Shown here one piece after another: positions 18,802 through 28,034 of a stretch of DNA of 64,000 bases; the stretch's first letter is position 1; every line of letters begins with the position of its first letter. Below the pieces are notes generated by a model that ran no database searches, was not told where the DNA came from, and saw only the letters and a list, made by a program, of their open reading frames with translations. The stretch lies in assembly GCF_054482525.1 (NCBI RefSeq), contig NZ_CM137006.1; one strand, given 5' to 3'. The translations under genes were made by a program, and so were the position numbers.

Positions 18802-19405
18802 TTCGCGACTGCTGCCGACCGGCTCATCGCCGCTTGAAGTCGCCGCCGCAAAAGCCTGTGCGGAAATTGAAAAAACGCCGGTCAGTATTCGTGAGCTGTG
18901 GAACCCGGATACCTGTCCGGCAAATCTGCTGCCGTGGCTGGCGTGGTCATTTTCGGTTGACCGCTGGGATGATAAGTGGCCGGAAGCGACAAAACGCGCT
19001 GTTATCCGCGATGCGTATTTCATTCACTGCCATAAGGGCACTATAGGCGCAATCCGGCGTGTGGTGGAGCCGCTCGGCTATCTGATTGAGGTGAGGGAGT
19101 GGTGGCAGCTCAACGAGGAGCCGGGGACGTTCCGCATCGTTGTTGGCGTGCTTGAGCAGGGTATTACCGAGGAAATGTATCAGGAGCTGGAGCGCCTCGT
19201 TGCTGATGCAAAACCGGCAAGCCGCCATCTGACGGGACTGGCTATCAGTTTAAGTACAACCGGCAACATTTTTGCCAGTGCGGGATGCTATCACGGTGAC
19301 GCCCTGACGGTTTATCCCTACACCCCGGAGGCCATTATTGTCGGAGGGGATTATTTCCCGGCCTCGGCCATTCATTTAATTGATAACCTGAGAGTAAACG
19401 CATGA
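18794..19405 (+). CDS. I: P2-like baseplate protein gpI
   Basis: ORF overlapping J end and H start; exact start codon uncertain. Confidence 0.8.
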   Translation: MSDSRLLPTGSSPLEVAAAKACAEIEKTPVSIRELWNPDTCPANLLPWLAWSFSVDRWDDKWPEATKRAVIRDAYFIHCHKGTIGAIRRVVEPLGYLIEVREWWQLNEEPGTFRIVVGVLEQGITEEMYQELERLVADAKPASRHLTGLAISLSTTGNIFASAGCYHGDALTVYPYTPEAIIVGGDYFPASAIHLIDNLRVNA

Positions 19406-20700
19406 CAGTGAAATACTACGCCATTCTGACTAATCAGGGCGCAGCACGGCTGGCTAACGCGACGATGCTCGGCAGTAAGCTGAATCTGACGCAAATGGCC
19501 GTTGGTGATGCGAATGGTGTCTTGCCGACACCAGACCCGGCACAGACAAAACTGATTAATCAGAAACGCATCGCGCCGCTGAATCTTCTGAGTGTTGACC
19601 CGAACAACCAGAGCCAGATTATTGCGGAGCAAATCATCCCTGAGAACGAGGGCGGATTCTGGATCCGTGAGATTGGGCTTTATGATGATGAAGGCGTACT
19701 CATTGCGGTGGCGAACTGCCCGGAAACGTACAAACCGCAGTTACAGGAAGGCAGCGGTCGTACCCAGACTATCCGCATGATTCTGGTTGTCACGAATACC
19801 GAAGCCATCACGCTGAAAATCGACCCGTCGGTGGTACTGGCGACCCGTAAATACGTGGATGATAAAGTCCTGGAATTAAAGCTGTATGTGGATGACCAGA
19901 TGAGAAACCACATTGCCGCACAGGATCCTCATACCCAGTATGCACAGAAACATAATCCGACATTTACCGGAGAACCAAAAGCGCCGACGCCTGCCGCAGG
20001 AAATAACACCACGCGGATTGCGACCACTGCGTTTGTACAGGCCGCTATTACCGCTCTGATTAACGGTGCCCCTGACACGCTGGACACACTGAAAGAAATT
20101 GCCGCAGCTATCAACAATGACCCGAAATTCAGCACCACCATTAACAATGCGCTGTCAGGTAAGCAGCCACTGGATGAGACGCTGACTCATTTGAGTGGAA
20201 AGGATGTTGCCGGTCTTCTCGCATACCTTGGTTTGGGAGAAGGCTCTGCATTGCCGGTTGGTGTGCCTGTTCCGTGGCCTTCAGCCACTCCGCCAACGGG
20301 GTGGCTAAAATGTAACGGAGCAGTATTTTCTTCTGAAAAGTACCCAAATCTGGCAAAGGCTTACCCAACATTAAAATTACCAGATTTACGCGGTGAATTT
20401 ATTCGTGGCTGGGATGATGGGCGCGGGATTGACTCTGGTCGTAACTTATTATCTGCACAGAATGATGCAATTCAGAATATTGTTGGTTCTTTTGGGCGTA
20501 CCCAGCTTTTTAGAGACGTACTTAGTTCAGGGCCATTTAGTCAACATGGGCAAGTATTATCTACAGGTCTAAAGGAAGCCGAAATTATTGAGGGTTATGG
20601 CGCTTATAACTGGACATTCGACGCATCTCGCTCAGTTCGCACAGCATCTGAAACCCGCTCCCGTAACATCGCCTTTAATTATATTGTGAGGGCTGCATGA
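19402..20700 (+). CDS. H: Tail fibre protein gpH (432 aa): P2-like constant N-terminus fused to the currently expressed variable C-terminal cassette
   Basis: N-terminus MTVKYYAILTNQGAARLANA...; C-terminal region (WPSATPPTGWLKCNGAVFSSEKYPNLAKAY...LPDLRGEFIRGW) is tail-collar-like; inversion crossover site lies at codons ~276-280. Confidence 0.88.
   Translation: MTVKYYAILTNQGAARLANATMLGSKLNLTQMAVGDANGVLPTPDPAQTKLINQKRIAPLNLLSVDPNNQSQIIAEQIIPENEGGFWIREIGLYDDEGVLIAVANCPETYKPQLQEGSGRTQTIRMILVVTNTEAITLKIDPSVVLATRKYVDDKVLELKLYVDDQMRNHIAAQDPHTQYAQKHNPTFTGEPKAPTPAAGNNTTRIATTAFVQAAITALINGAPDTLDTLKEIAAAINNDPKFSTTINNALSGKQPLDETLTHLSGKDVAGLLAYLGLGEGSALPVGVPVPWPSATPPTGWLKCNGAVFSSEKYPNLAKAYPTLKLPDLRGEFIRGWDDGRGIDSGRNLLSAQNDAIQNIVGSFGRTQLFRDVLSSGPFSQHGQVLSTGLKEAEIIEGYGAYNWTFDASRSVRTASETRSRNIAFNYIVRAA
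20228..20242. repeat. Left inversion crossover site of tail-fibre segment (inside H)
   Basis: TTGGTTTGGGAGAAG; perfect inverted copy at 22160-22174; weak resemblance to gix/hix half-sites. Confidence 0.6.
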
Positions 20701-21302
20701 TAAGTAAAGCTGTATTAAATAATGAACTCATCGCCACAAAGGCCGGAGACATTACCGTTTATAATTATGATGGTGAAACACGGGAATATATTTCCACATC
20801 AACTGAATATCTTGCTGTGGGTGTCGGTATCCCGGCATGTTCCTGTTTAGATGCTCCTGGCTCATATAAAGCTGGTTATGCAATTTGCCGTTCTGCAGAT
20901 TTTAACTCATGGGAATATGTGCCAGACCATCGCGGTGAAATCGTCTATAGCACCGAAACAGGAGAATCAAAAGAAATCACAGTTCCGGGTGATTACCCTG
21001 AAAATACAACCACTATCGCCCCGTTAACGTCATACGATAAATGGGATGGTGAGAAATGGGTGACCGATACTGAGGCACAGCATAACGCCGCAGTAGACGC
21101 GGCAGAAGTACGGCGCCAGTCACTGATTGATGCTGCTATGGCTTCCATTAGTCTGATTCAGCTGAAATTGCAGGCCGGGCGGAAGCTGACGCAGGCAGAA
21201 ACAACCCGGCTTAACGCTGTGCTGGATTACATTGACGCGGTGACTGCAACAGATACCAGCACCGCGCCGGATGTCATCTGGCCTGAACTACCGGAGGCGT
21301 AG
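20697..21302 (+). CDS. G: Tail fibre assembly chaperone gpG (Tfa), currently expressed orientation
   Basis: 201-aa ORF directly after H; C-terminal ...TATDTSTAPDVIWPELPEA typical of Tfa proteins. Confidence 0.85.
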   Translation: MISKAVLNNELIATKAGDITVYNYDGETREYISTSTEYLAVGVGIPACSCLDAPGSYKAGYAICRSADFNSWEYVPDHRGEIVYSTETGESKEITVPGDYPENTTTIAPLTSYDKWDGEKWVTDTEAQHNAAVDAAEVRRQSLIDAAMASISLIQLKLQAGRKLTQAETTRLNAVLDYIDAVTATDTSTAPDVIWPELPEA

Positions 21303-21717
21303 GCCATTCAATATCTGGAGCACTGGCGGTATCAACCAGTTCCAGTGCGTCCAGATAATCCAGCCATAAATTATATTGTTCCAGCTCGTAACCTTTCAGA
21401 CGACCAATAGCAGCTTTGCCAGGCCACTGATGGGTATTGATGTAGGTATTGACTTCTGAAACCAAAGATATCTTTTTCATTTCAGCCGCCAGCATCTCAT
21501 CCTCTTTTGAAGGCGGCGGGGAATTAATCCATATTGGCCGTCCTGAACTGTCAGCGCCAATTTCTTTCCCTTCTGGATGCAGCCCAAGAAATTGCTCATA
21601 TGTTTCTCTGGTAATTTCAATAACATCATCAGGAAGCGTTCCCGCATCCTCATATTCTGGAAACAATTCTTGCAGATAAAAACTTTTACTTGCGGGTGAA
21701 AAGAATACTGAGTTCAT
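21274..21717 (-). CDS. Alternative tail fibre assembly chaperone (Tfa') for the inverted orientation
   Basis: 147-aa reverse-strand ORF; C-terminus ...DTASAPDIEWPTPPVVQAR parallels gpG; convergent with G and overlapping its 3' end. Confidence 0.75.
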   Translation of the reverse strand: MNSVFFSPASKSFYLQELFPEYEDAGTLPDDVIEITRETYEQFLGLHPEGKEIGADSSGRPIWINSPPPSKEDEMLAAEMKKISLVSEVNTYINTHQWPGKAAIGRLKGYELEQYNLWLDYLDALELVDTASAPDIEWPTPPVVQAR

Positions 21718-21719
21718 TC

Positions 21720-22159
21720 TTACCGTCCAATGATTAACGCTGAGACGCTGGTATCTGAAGGAAAGGCTGCATTCAGTGGTTTGTCGACTTTGAACACAAT
21801 CGTATTATTCCCCCTGACAGCGGCAAAAGAACAAACCGCCGTCGCGTATGAACCTGTAATATTACTGGATACACCACCATAAGCTGTTGTTGATACCAGA
21901 GGGATAACGCCCAGCACCTTATTAGGAAATACAAAGGGCAATGTGGCTGTGGCAATATAAGACTTATTAGAACCTGTAATGGCATAAGCATTATCAGTCA
22001 TTCCATTCATCGCCACTGGACCGCTTATACTTACAGTAACCATCTGAATGATTAGCCCGTCAGGTTGACGAATCACAAAATTTCCATTGCCACCAGTAAC
22101 CGTCCAGAAAGACATATCAGGGATTTGGTTTTCCCCGTTGCCCACATTTCGTTTTGCCG
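21720..22159 (-). CDS. Alternative (currently silent) tail-fibre C-terminal cassette, promoterless, expressed only after inversion
   Basis: Reverse-strand reading frame continuous from the right crossover site; shares the GLGE junction frame with H; no independent start expected. Confidence 0.65.
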
Positions 22160-22174
22160 CTTCTCCCAAACCAA
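22160..22174. repeat. Right inversion crossover site of tail-fibre segment
   Basis: CTTCTCCCAAACCAA, exact reverse complement of 20228-20242. Confidence 0.6.
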
Positions 22175-22241
22175 CGTTTAAGAAAATGCAGAGATTACGG
22201 CTAACTGGCATCATCCCCGGTTTTTATTCAGGGGATCCATC

Positions 22242-22835
22242 ATGCTTATTGGCTATGTCCGCGTGTCAACAAATGACCAGAATACGGAATTGCAGCGTAA
22301 CGCGCTGGAGTGTGCAGGATGTGAGCTTATTTTTGAGGATAAAATCAGCGGCACGAAGTCCGACCGACCGGGACTGAAAAAACTGCTCAGGACATTATCG
22401 GAGGGGGATACACTGGTGGTCTGGAAGCTGGACCGGCTGGGGCGTAGTATGCGGCATCTGGTCATTCTGGTTGAGGAACTGCGCGAACGCGGCGTTAATT
22501 TTCGCAGCCTGACGGATGCTATTGATACCAGCACGCCGATGGGGCGTTTTTTCTTTCATGTGATGGGTGCCCTGGCTGAAATGGAGCGAGAACTCATTGT
22601 CGAGAGGACACGCGCCGGACTGGAAGCGGCCAGAGCCAAAGGTCGTATTGGTGGCAGACGACCGAAACTCACCGCGAGTGAGTGGGAGCAGGCCGGGCGT
22701 TTGCTGGCTGCAGGGGAGTCACGTCAACGCGTGGCACTGATTTTTGATATTGGTCTGTCCACGCTCTATAAAAAATTTCCCTCATCAGCGACAAAGAATA
22801 AATTGTGTCATCCCTTAGCCAACCGGGACAAATAG
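22242..22835 (+). CDS. Serine recombinase, DNA invertase of the Pin/Gin/Hin/Cin family (197 aa)
   Basis: N-terminal catalytic domain MLIGYVRVSTNDQNTELQRNAL (active-site Ser in YVRVST), C-terminal HTH; positioned just outside the right crossover site. Confidence 0.9.
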   Translation: MLIGYVRVSTNDQNTELQRNALECAGCELIFEDKISGTKSDRPGLKKLLRTLSEGDTLVVWKLDRLGRSMRHLVILVEELRERGVNFRSLTDAIDTSTPMGRFFFHVMGALAEMERELIVERTRAGLEAARAKGRIGGRRPKLTASEWEQAGRLLAAGESRQRVALIFDIGLSTLYKKFPSSATKNKLCHPLANRDK

Positions 22836-22894
22836 CCTGACATCTCCGGCACAACTGAAAATATCACTCACCCATTAACCACGGAGTTAAACGG

Positions 22895-24085
22895 ATGAGT
22901 GACTATCATCACGGCGTGCAGGTGCTGGAGATTAACGACGGCACCCGCGTCATTTCCACCGTATCCACTGCCATTGTCGGCATGGTCTGCACGGCCAGCG
23001 ATGCGGATGCGGAAACCTTCCCCCTCAATAAACCTGTGCTGATTACCAATGTGCAGAGCGCAATTGCAAAGGCCGGTAAAAAAGGCACGCTGGCGGCATC
23101 GTTGCAGGCCATCGCTGACCAGTCAAAACCGGTCACCGTTGTCGTGCGCGTGGAAGACGGCACTGGTGATGACGAGGAAACGAAACTCGCGCAGACCGTT
23201 TCCAATATCATCGGCACCACCGACGAAAACGGTCAGTACACCGGACTGAAAGCCCTGCTGGCGGCGGAGTCGGTAACCGGTGTTAAACCGCGTATTCTCG
23301 GTGTGCCGGGACTGGATACCAAAGAGGTGGCTGTTGCACTGGCATCCGTCTGTCAGAAGCTGCGCGCTTTCGGATATATCAGCGCGTGGGGCTGTAAGAC
23401 TATTTCCGAGGTGAAAGCCTACCGCCAGAATTTCAGCCAGCGTGAGCTGATGGTCATCTGGCCGGATTTCCTCGTATGGGATACGGTCACCAGTACCACC
23501 GCCACCGCGTATGCCACCGCCCGTGCACTGGGGCTGCGTGCCAAAATCGACCAGGAGCAGGGCTGGCATAAAACGCTGTCCAATGTCGGGGTGAACGGTG
23601 TTACCGGCATCAGCGCATCTGTATTCTGGGATTTGCAGGAGTCCGGCACCGATGCTGACCTGCTTAACGAGTCAGGTGTCACTACGCTGATTCGCCGCGA
23701 CGGTTTCCGCTTCTGGGGTAACCGTACCTGCTCTGATGACCCGCTGTTCCTCTTTGAAAACTACACCCGCACCGCGCAGGTGCTGGCCGACACGATGGCT
23801 GAGGCGCACATGTGGGCGGTGGACAAGCCCATCACCGCAACGCTGATTCGCGACATCGTTGACGGCATCAATGCCAAATTCCGTGAGCTGAAAACAAACG
23901 GCTATATCGTGGATGCGACCTGCTGGTTCAGCGAAGAATCCAACGATGCGGAAACCCTCAAGGCCGGAAAACTGTATATCGACTACGACTATACACCGGT
24001 GCCTCCTCTTGAAAACCTGACCCTGCGCCAGCGTATTACCGATAAATACCTGGCAAATCTGGTCACCTCGGTTAACAGCAATTAA
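22895..24085 (+). CDS. FI: P2-like contractile tail sheath protein gpFI (396 aa)
   Basis: 396-aa ORF MSDYHHGVQVLEINDGTRVIS...; P2 size and order. Confidence 0.93.
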   Translation: MSDYHHGVQVLEINDGTRVISTVSTAIVGMVCTASDADAETFPLNKPVLITNVQSAIAKAGKKGTLAASLQAIADQSKPVTVVVRVEDGTGDDEETKLAQTVSNIIGTTDENGQYTGLKALLAAESVTGVKPRILGVPGLDTKEVAVALASVCQKLRAFGYISAWGCKTISEVKAYRQNFSQRELMVIWPDFLVWDTVTSTTATAYATARALGLRAKIDQEQGWHKTLSNVGVNGVTGISASVFWDLQESGTDADLLNESGVTTLIRRDGFRFWGNRTCSDDPLFLFENYTRTAQVLADTMAEAHMWAVDKPITATLIRDIVDGINAKFRELKTNGYIVDATCWFSEESNDAETLKAGKLYIDYDYTPVPPLENLTLRQRITDKYLANLVTSVNSN

Positions 24086-24097
24086 GGAGCCTGACCG

Positions 24098-24616
24098 ATG
24101 GCAATGCCGCGCAAACTCAAGTTAATGAACGTCTTTCTGAACGGCTACAGCTATCAGGGCGTCGCGAAGTCCGTCACGCTACCAAAACTGACCCGTAAGC
24201 TCGAAAACTATCGCGGTGCGGGGATGAACGGCAGCGCACCGGTAGACCTCGGCCTTGATGACGATGCGCTGTCAATGGAGTGGTCGCTCGGTGGCTTCCC
24301 GGATTCGGTTATCTGGGAGCTTTACGCCGCAACCGGTGTGGATGCCGTACCGATTCGTTTTGCAGGCTCTTACCAGCGCGACGATACCGGCGAAACGGTG
24401 GCCGTCGAGGTGGTCATGCGTGGACGTCAGAAAGAAATCGACACCGGCGAGGGCAAACAGGGAGAAGACACCGAGTCGAAAATCTCCGTGGTCTGCACCT
24501 ATTTCCGGCTGACGATGGACGGTAAGGAGCTGGTCGAAATCGACACCATCAACATGATTGAGAAGGTGAACGGCGTCGACCGGCTGGAGCAACACCGCCG
24601 CAATATCGGCCTGTGA
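24098..24616 (+). CDS. FII: P2-like tail tube protein gpFII (172 aa)
   Basis: 172-aa ORF after FI. Confidence 0.92.
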   Translation: MAMPRKLKLMNVFLNGYSYQGVAKSVTLPKLTRKLENYRGAGMNGSAPVDLGLDDDALSMEWSLGGFPDSVIWELYAATGVDAVPIRFAGSYQRDDTGETVAVEVVMRGRQKEIDTGEGKQGEDTESKISVVCTYFRLTMDGKELVEIDTINMIEKVNGVDRLEQHRRNIGL

Positions 24617-24672
24617 TTTTCATCCGGTCAGCCTGACTGACCGGTTAACCCCGATTCAGAAGTGAGAAAACC

Positions 24673-24948
24673 ATGAACAAAGAAAATGTGATTACCCTGG
24701 ACAATCCGGTCAAGCGTGGTGAGCAGGTTATCGAACAGGTCACGCTGATGAAACCTAATGCCGGGACGCTGCGCGGTGTCAGTCTGGCAGCGGTCGCGAA
24801 CTCCGAAGTCGATGCACTGATTAAGGTGTTGCCGCGCATGACGGCACCGATGCTGACCGCGCAGGAAGTCGCCGCACTGGAACTGCCTGACCTTGTGGCG
24901 CTGGCCGGTAAGGTGGTCGGTTTTTTGTCGCCGAACTCGGTGCAGTGA
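24673..24948 (+). CDS. E: P2-like tail assembly chaperone gpE (91 aa)
   Basis: 91-aa ORF; contains slippery run GGTTTTTTG near its 3' end. Confidence 0.88.
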   Translation: MNKENVITLDNPVKRGEQVIEQVTLMKPNAGTLRGVSLAAVANSEVDALIKVLPRMTAPMLTAQEVAALELPDLVALAGKVVGFLSPNSVQ

Positions 24949-25100
24949 CGTTTCCGAAAAATCTCTCGGTCGATGACCTGATGGCGGATGTGGCAGTGAT
25001 ATTTCACTGGCCGCCATCAGAACTGTATCCCATGAGCCTGACCGAACTCATCACATGGCGCGAAAAGGCGCTCCGGCGAAGCGGAAACACGAATGAGTAA
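24673..25100 (+). CDS. E+E': gpE+E' extended tail chaperone made by programmed -1 frameshift at TTTTTTG (~24917-24925)
   Basis: -1 frame is open from the slippery site to TAA at 25098-25100, overlapping the T start; analogous to P2 E/E' and lambda G/GT. Confidence 0.6.
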
Positions 25101-27540
25101 CAATGTAAAATTACAGGTATTGCTCAGGGCTGTTGACCAGGCATCCCGCCCGTTTAAATCCATCCGTACAGCGAGCAAATCGCTGTCGGGGGATATCCGG
25201 GAAACACAAAAATCACTGCGCGAGCTGAACGGTCACGCATCCCGTATTGAGGGATTTCGCAAGACAAGTGCACAGCTCGCCGTGACTGGTCATGCACTTG
25301 AAAAGGCTCGGCAGGAAGCCGAAGCCCTTGCCACACAGTTTAAAAACACCGAACGTCCGACCCGTGCTCAGGCGAAAGTGCTGGAATCCGCAAAGCGTGC
25401 GGCGGAGGACTTACAGGCGAAATATAACCGCCTGACGGATTCCGTTAAACGCCAGCAGCGGGAACTGGCCGCTGTGGGAATTAATACCCGCAATCTTGCA
25501 CATGATGAGCAGGGACTGAAAAACCGTATCAGTGAAACCACCGCACAGATTAACCGTCAGCGTGACGCGCTGGCGCGTGTCAGTGCGCAACAGGCCAAAC
25601 TTAACGCAGTCAAACAGCGTTATCAGGCCGGAAAAGAACTGGCAGGAAATATGGCCTCAGTGGGCGCTGCCGGTGTGGGGATTGCTGCTGCGGGAACGAT
25701 GGCTGGTGTTAAGTTGCTGATGCCCGGTTATGAGTTTGCGCAGAAAAACTCAGAATTGCAGGCTGTGCTCGGTGTGGCAAAAGACTCCGCCGAAATGGCT
25801 GCACTACGCAAGCAGGCGCGCCAGCTCGGTGACAATACTGCCGCCTCGGCGGATGATGCAGCCGGTGCACAGATTATCATTGCGAAAGCCGGTGGGGATG
25901 TTGATGCCATTCAGGCGGCAACGCCGGTCACGCTGAATATGGCACTGGCGAACCGCCGCACGATGGAGGAAAACGCCGCCCTGCTGATGGGGATGAAATC
26001 CGCCTTTCAGCTTTCAAACGATAAAGTCGCTCATATCGGGGATGTTCTCTCCATGACGATGAACAAAACCGCCGCCGATTTTGACGGCATGAGCGATGCG
26101 CTGACCTATGCCGCACCTGTGGCAAAAAATGCCGGTGTCAGCATTGAAGAAACCGCCGCAATGGTCGGGGCGCTGCATGATGCAAAAATAACAGGCTCAA
26201 TGGCGGGGACGGGAAGCCGTGCCGTGTTAAGCCGCCTGCAGGCACCGACGGGAAAAGCATGGGATGCACTCAAAGAGCTTGGTGTGAAAACCTCAGACAG
26301 TAAGGGAAACACCCGACCAGTATTTACCATTCTGAAAGAAATGCAGGCCAGTTTTGAGAAAAACCGGCTCGGTACTGCCCAGCAGGCTGAATACATGAAA
26401 ACCATTTTCGGGGAGGAGGCCAGCTCAGCCGCCGCCGTGCTGATGACTGCCGCGTCAACCGGAAAGCTGGACAAACTGACCGCTGCGTTTAAAGCCTCAG
26501 ACGGGAAGACCGCAGAGCTGGTAAATATCATGCAGGACAACCTCGGCGGTGACTTTAAGGAGTTTCAGTCCGCTTATGAGGCGGTGGGGACTGACCTGTT
26601 TGACCAGCAGGAAGGCGCACTGCGTAAGCTCACACAGACGGCCACAAAGTATGTGTTAAAACTCGACGGCTGGATACAGAAAAACAAATCACTGGCGTCA
26701 ACCATTGGCCTCATTGCCGGTGGCGCGCTGGCGCTGACTGGCATCATCGGTGCAATTGGTCTTGTAGCCTGGCCGGTTATCACCGGCATCAATGCCATCA
26801 TCGCGGCAGCAGGCGCAATGGGGGCAATCTTCACGACGGTTGGCAGTGCCGTTATGACGGCCATCGGGGCGATTAGCTGGCCGGTTGTGGCCGTGGTGGC
26901 CGCTATTGTCGCCGGGGCGTTACTTATCCGTAAATACTGGGAGCCTGTCAGCGCATTCTTTGGCGGAGTGGTTGAAGGGCTGAAAGCGGTATTTGCGCCG
27001 GTGGGGGAACTGTTCACGCCACTTAAGCCGCTGTTTGACTGGCTGGGTGAAAAGTTACAGGCCGCGTGGCAGTGGTTTAAAAACCTGATTGCCCCGGTTA
27101 AAGCCACCCAGGACACCCTGAACCGTTGCCGTGACACGGGCGTCATGTTCGGGCAGGCACTGGCTGACGCGCTGATGCTGCCGCTTAATGCGTTCAACAA
27201 ACTGCGCAGTGGTATTGACTGGGTACTGGAAAAACTCGGTGTTATCAACAAAGAGTCAGACACACTTGACCAGACCGCCGCCAGAACTCAAGCCGCCACA
27301 TATGGCAGCGGTGATTATATTCCGGCGACCAGCTCTTATGCAGGCTATCAGGCTTATCAGCCGGTCACGGCACCGGCTGGCCGCTCTTATGTAGACCAGA
27401 GTAAAAACGAATATCACATCAGCCTGACGGGTGGTACTGCGCCGGGGACACAGCTTGACCGCCAGTTACAGGATGCGCTCGAAAAATACGAGCGGGATAA
27501 ACGTGCGCGCGCCCGTGCCAGCATGATGCATGACGGTTAA
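25093..27540 (+). CDS. T: P2-like tail tape measure protein gpT (815 aa)
   Basis: 815-aa Ala/Gly-rich coiled-coil protein; P2 size and order. Confidence 0.93.
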   Translation: MSNNVKLQVLLRAVDQASRPFKSIRTASKSLSGDIRETQKSLRELNGHASRIEGFRKTSAQLAVTGHALEKARQEAEALATQFKNTERPTRAQAKVLESAKRAAEDLQAKYNRLTDSVKRQQRELAAVGINTRNLAHDEQGLKNRISETTAQINRQRDALARVSAQQAKLNAVKQRYQAGKELAGNMASVGAAGVGIAAAGTMAGVKLLMPGYEFAQKNSELQAVLGVAKDSAEMAALRKQARQLGDNTAASADDAAGAQIIIAKAGGDVDAIQAATPVTLNMALANRRTMEENAALLMGMKSAFQLSNDKVAHIGDVLSMTMNKTAADFDGMSDALTYAAPVAKNAGVSIEETAAMVGALHDAKITGSMAGTGSRAVLSRLQAPTGKAWDALKELGVKTSDSKGNTRPVFTILKEMQASFEKNRLGTAQQAEYMKTIFGEEASSAAAVLMTAASTGKLDKLTAAFKASDGKTAELVNIMQDNLGGDFKEFQSAYEAVGTDLFDQQEGALRKLTQTATKYVLKLDGWIQKNKSLASTIGLIAGGALALTGIIGAIGLVAWPVITGINAIIAAAGAMGAIFTTVGSAVMTAIGAISWPVVAVVAAIVAGALLIRKYWEPVSAFFGGVVEGLKAVFAPVGELFTPLKPLFDWLGEKLQAAWQWFKNLIAPVKATQDTLNRCRDTGVMFGQALADALMLPLNAFNKLRSGIDWVLEKLGVINKESDTLDQTAARTQAATYGSGDYIPATSSYAGYQAYQPVTAPAGRSYVDQSKNEYHISLTGGTAPGTQLDRQLQDALEKYERDKRARARASMMHDG

Positions 27541-27554
27541 GGAGGTGACGAAAA

Positions 27555-28034
27555 ATGATGCTCGCGTTAGGTATGTTTGTTTTTATGCGCCAGACGCTGC
27601 CACACCAGACCATGCAGCGTGAATCAGATTATCGCTGGCCGTCAAATTCCCGTATCGGTAAACGGGATGCCTTTCAGTTTCTCGGTGTTGGCGAGGAAAA
27701 CATCACGCTTGCCGGTGTGCTTTATCCCGAGCTGACCGGCGGAAAGCTGACGATGACCACGCTCAGGCTGATGGCAGAGGAAGGTCGGGCGTGGCCGTTG
27801 CTGGATGGCACCGGCATGATTTACGGCATGTATGTCATCAGCAGGGTGAGTGAAACAGGGAGTATTTTCTTTGCAGACGGCACACCCCGAAAAATTGATT
27901 TTACGCTGTCGCTCACCCGCGTTGATGAATCACTGGCCGCGCTTTATGGCGATATCGGTAAACAGGCGGAATCGCTCATCGGTAAGGCTGGCAGTATGGC
28001 GACTAAATTCACGGGTATGACGGGGGCGGGATAA
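27555..28034 (+). CDS. U: P2-like tail protein gpU (159 aa)
   Basis: 159-aa ORF after T. Confidence 0.9.
   Translation: MMLALGMFVFMRQTLPHQTMQRESDYRWPSNSRIGKRDAFQFLGVGEENITLAGVLYPELTGGKLTMTTLRLMAEEGRAWPLLDGTGMIYGMYVISRVSETGSIFFADGTPRKIDFTLSLTRVDESLAALYGDIGKQAESLIGKAGSMATKFTGMTGAG

Larger units (their letters stand above)
20228..22174. other. Invertible tail-fibre DNA segment (G-segment-like, ~1.95 kb) carrying two alternative fibre C-termini and their assembly chaperones
   Basis: Bounded by 15-bp perfect inverted repeats; two convergent cassette sets; adjacent serine invertase gene; in-frame fusion of the H constant region to either cassette was checked by hand. Confidence 0.65.

Noticed and set aside
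24633-24653. Perfect hairpin ccggtcag-cctga-ctgaccgg between FII and E as a terminator
   Set aside because: Not followed by a U-run and lies inside a co-transcribed late operon; more likely an RNA structure or attenuator than a terminator; left unannotated.
26574-27263. 229-aa reverse-strand ORF inside tape-measure gene T (and similar antisense ORFs inside P, N, FI, D)
   Set aside because: Antisense to conserved P2 structural genes with Ala/Ser/Pro-rich low-complexity translation; not credible genes.
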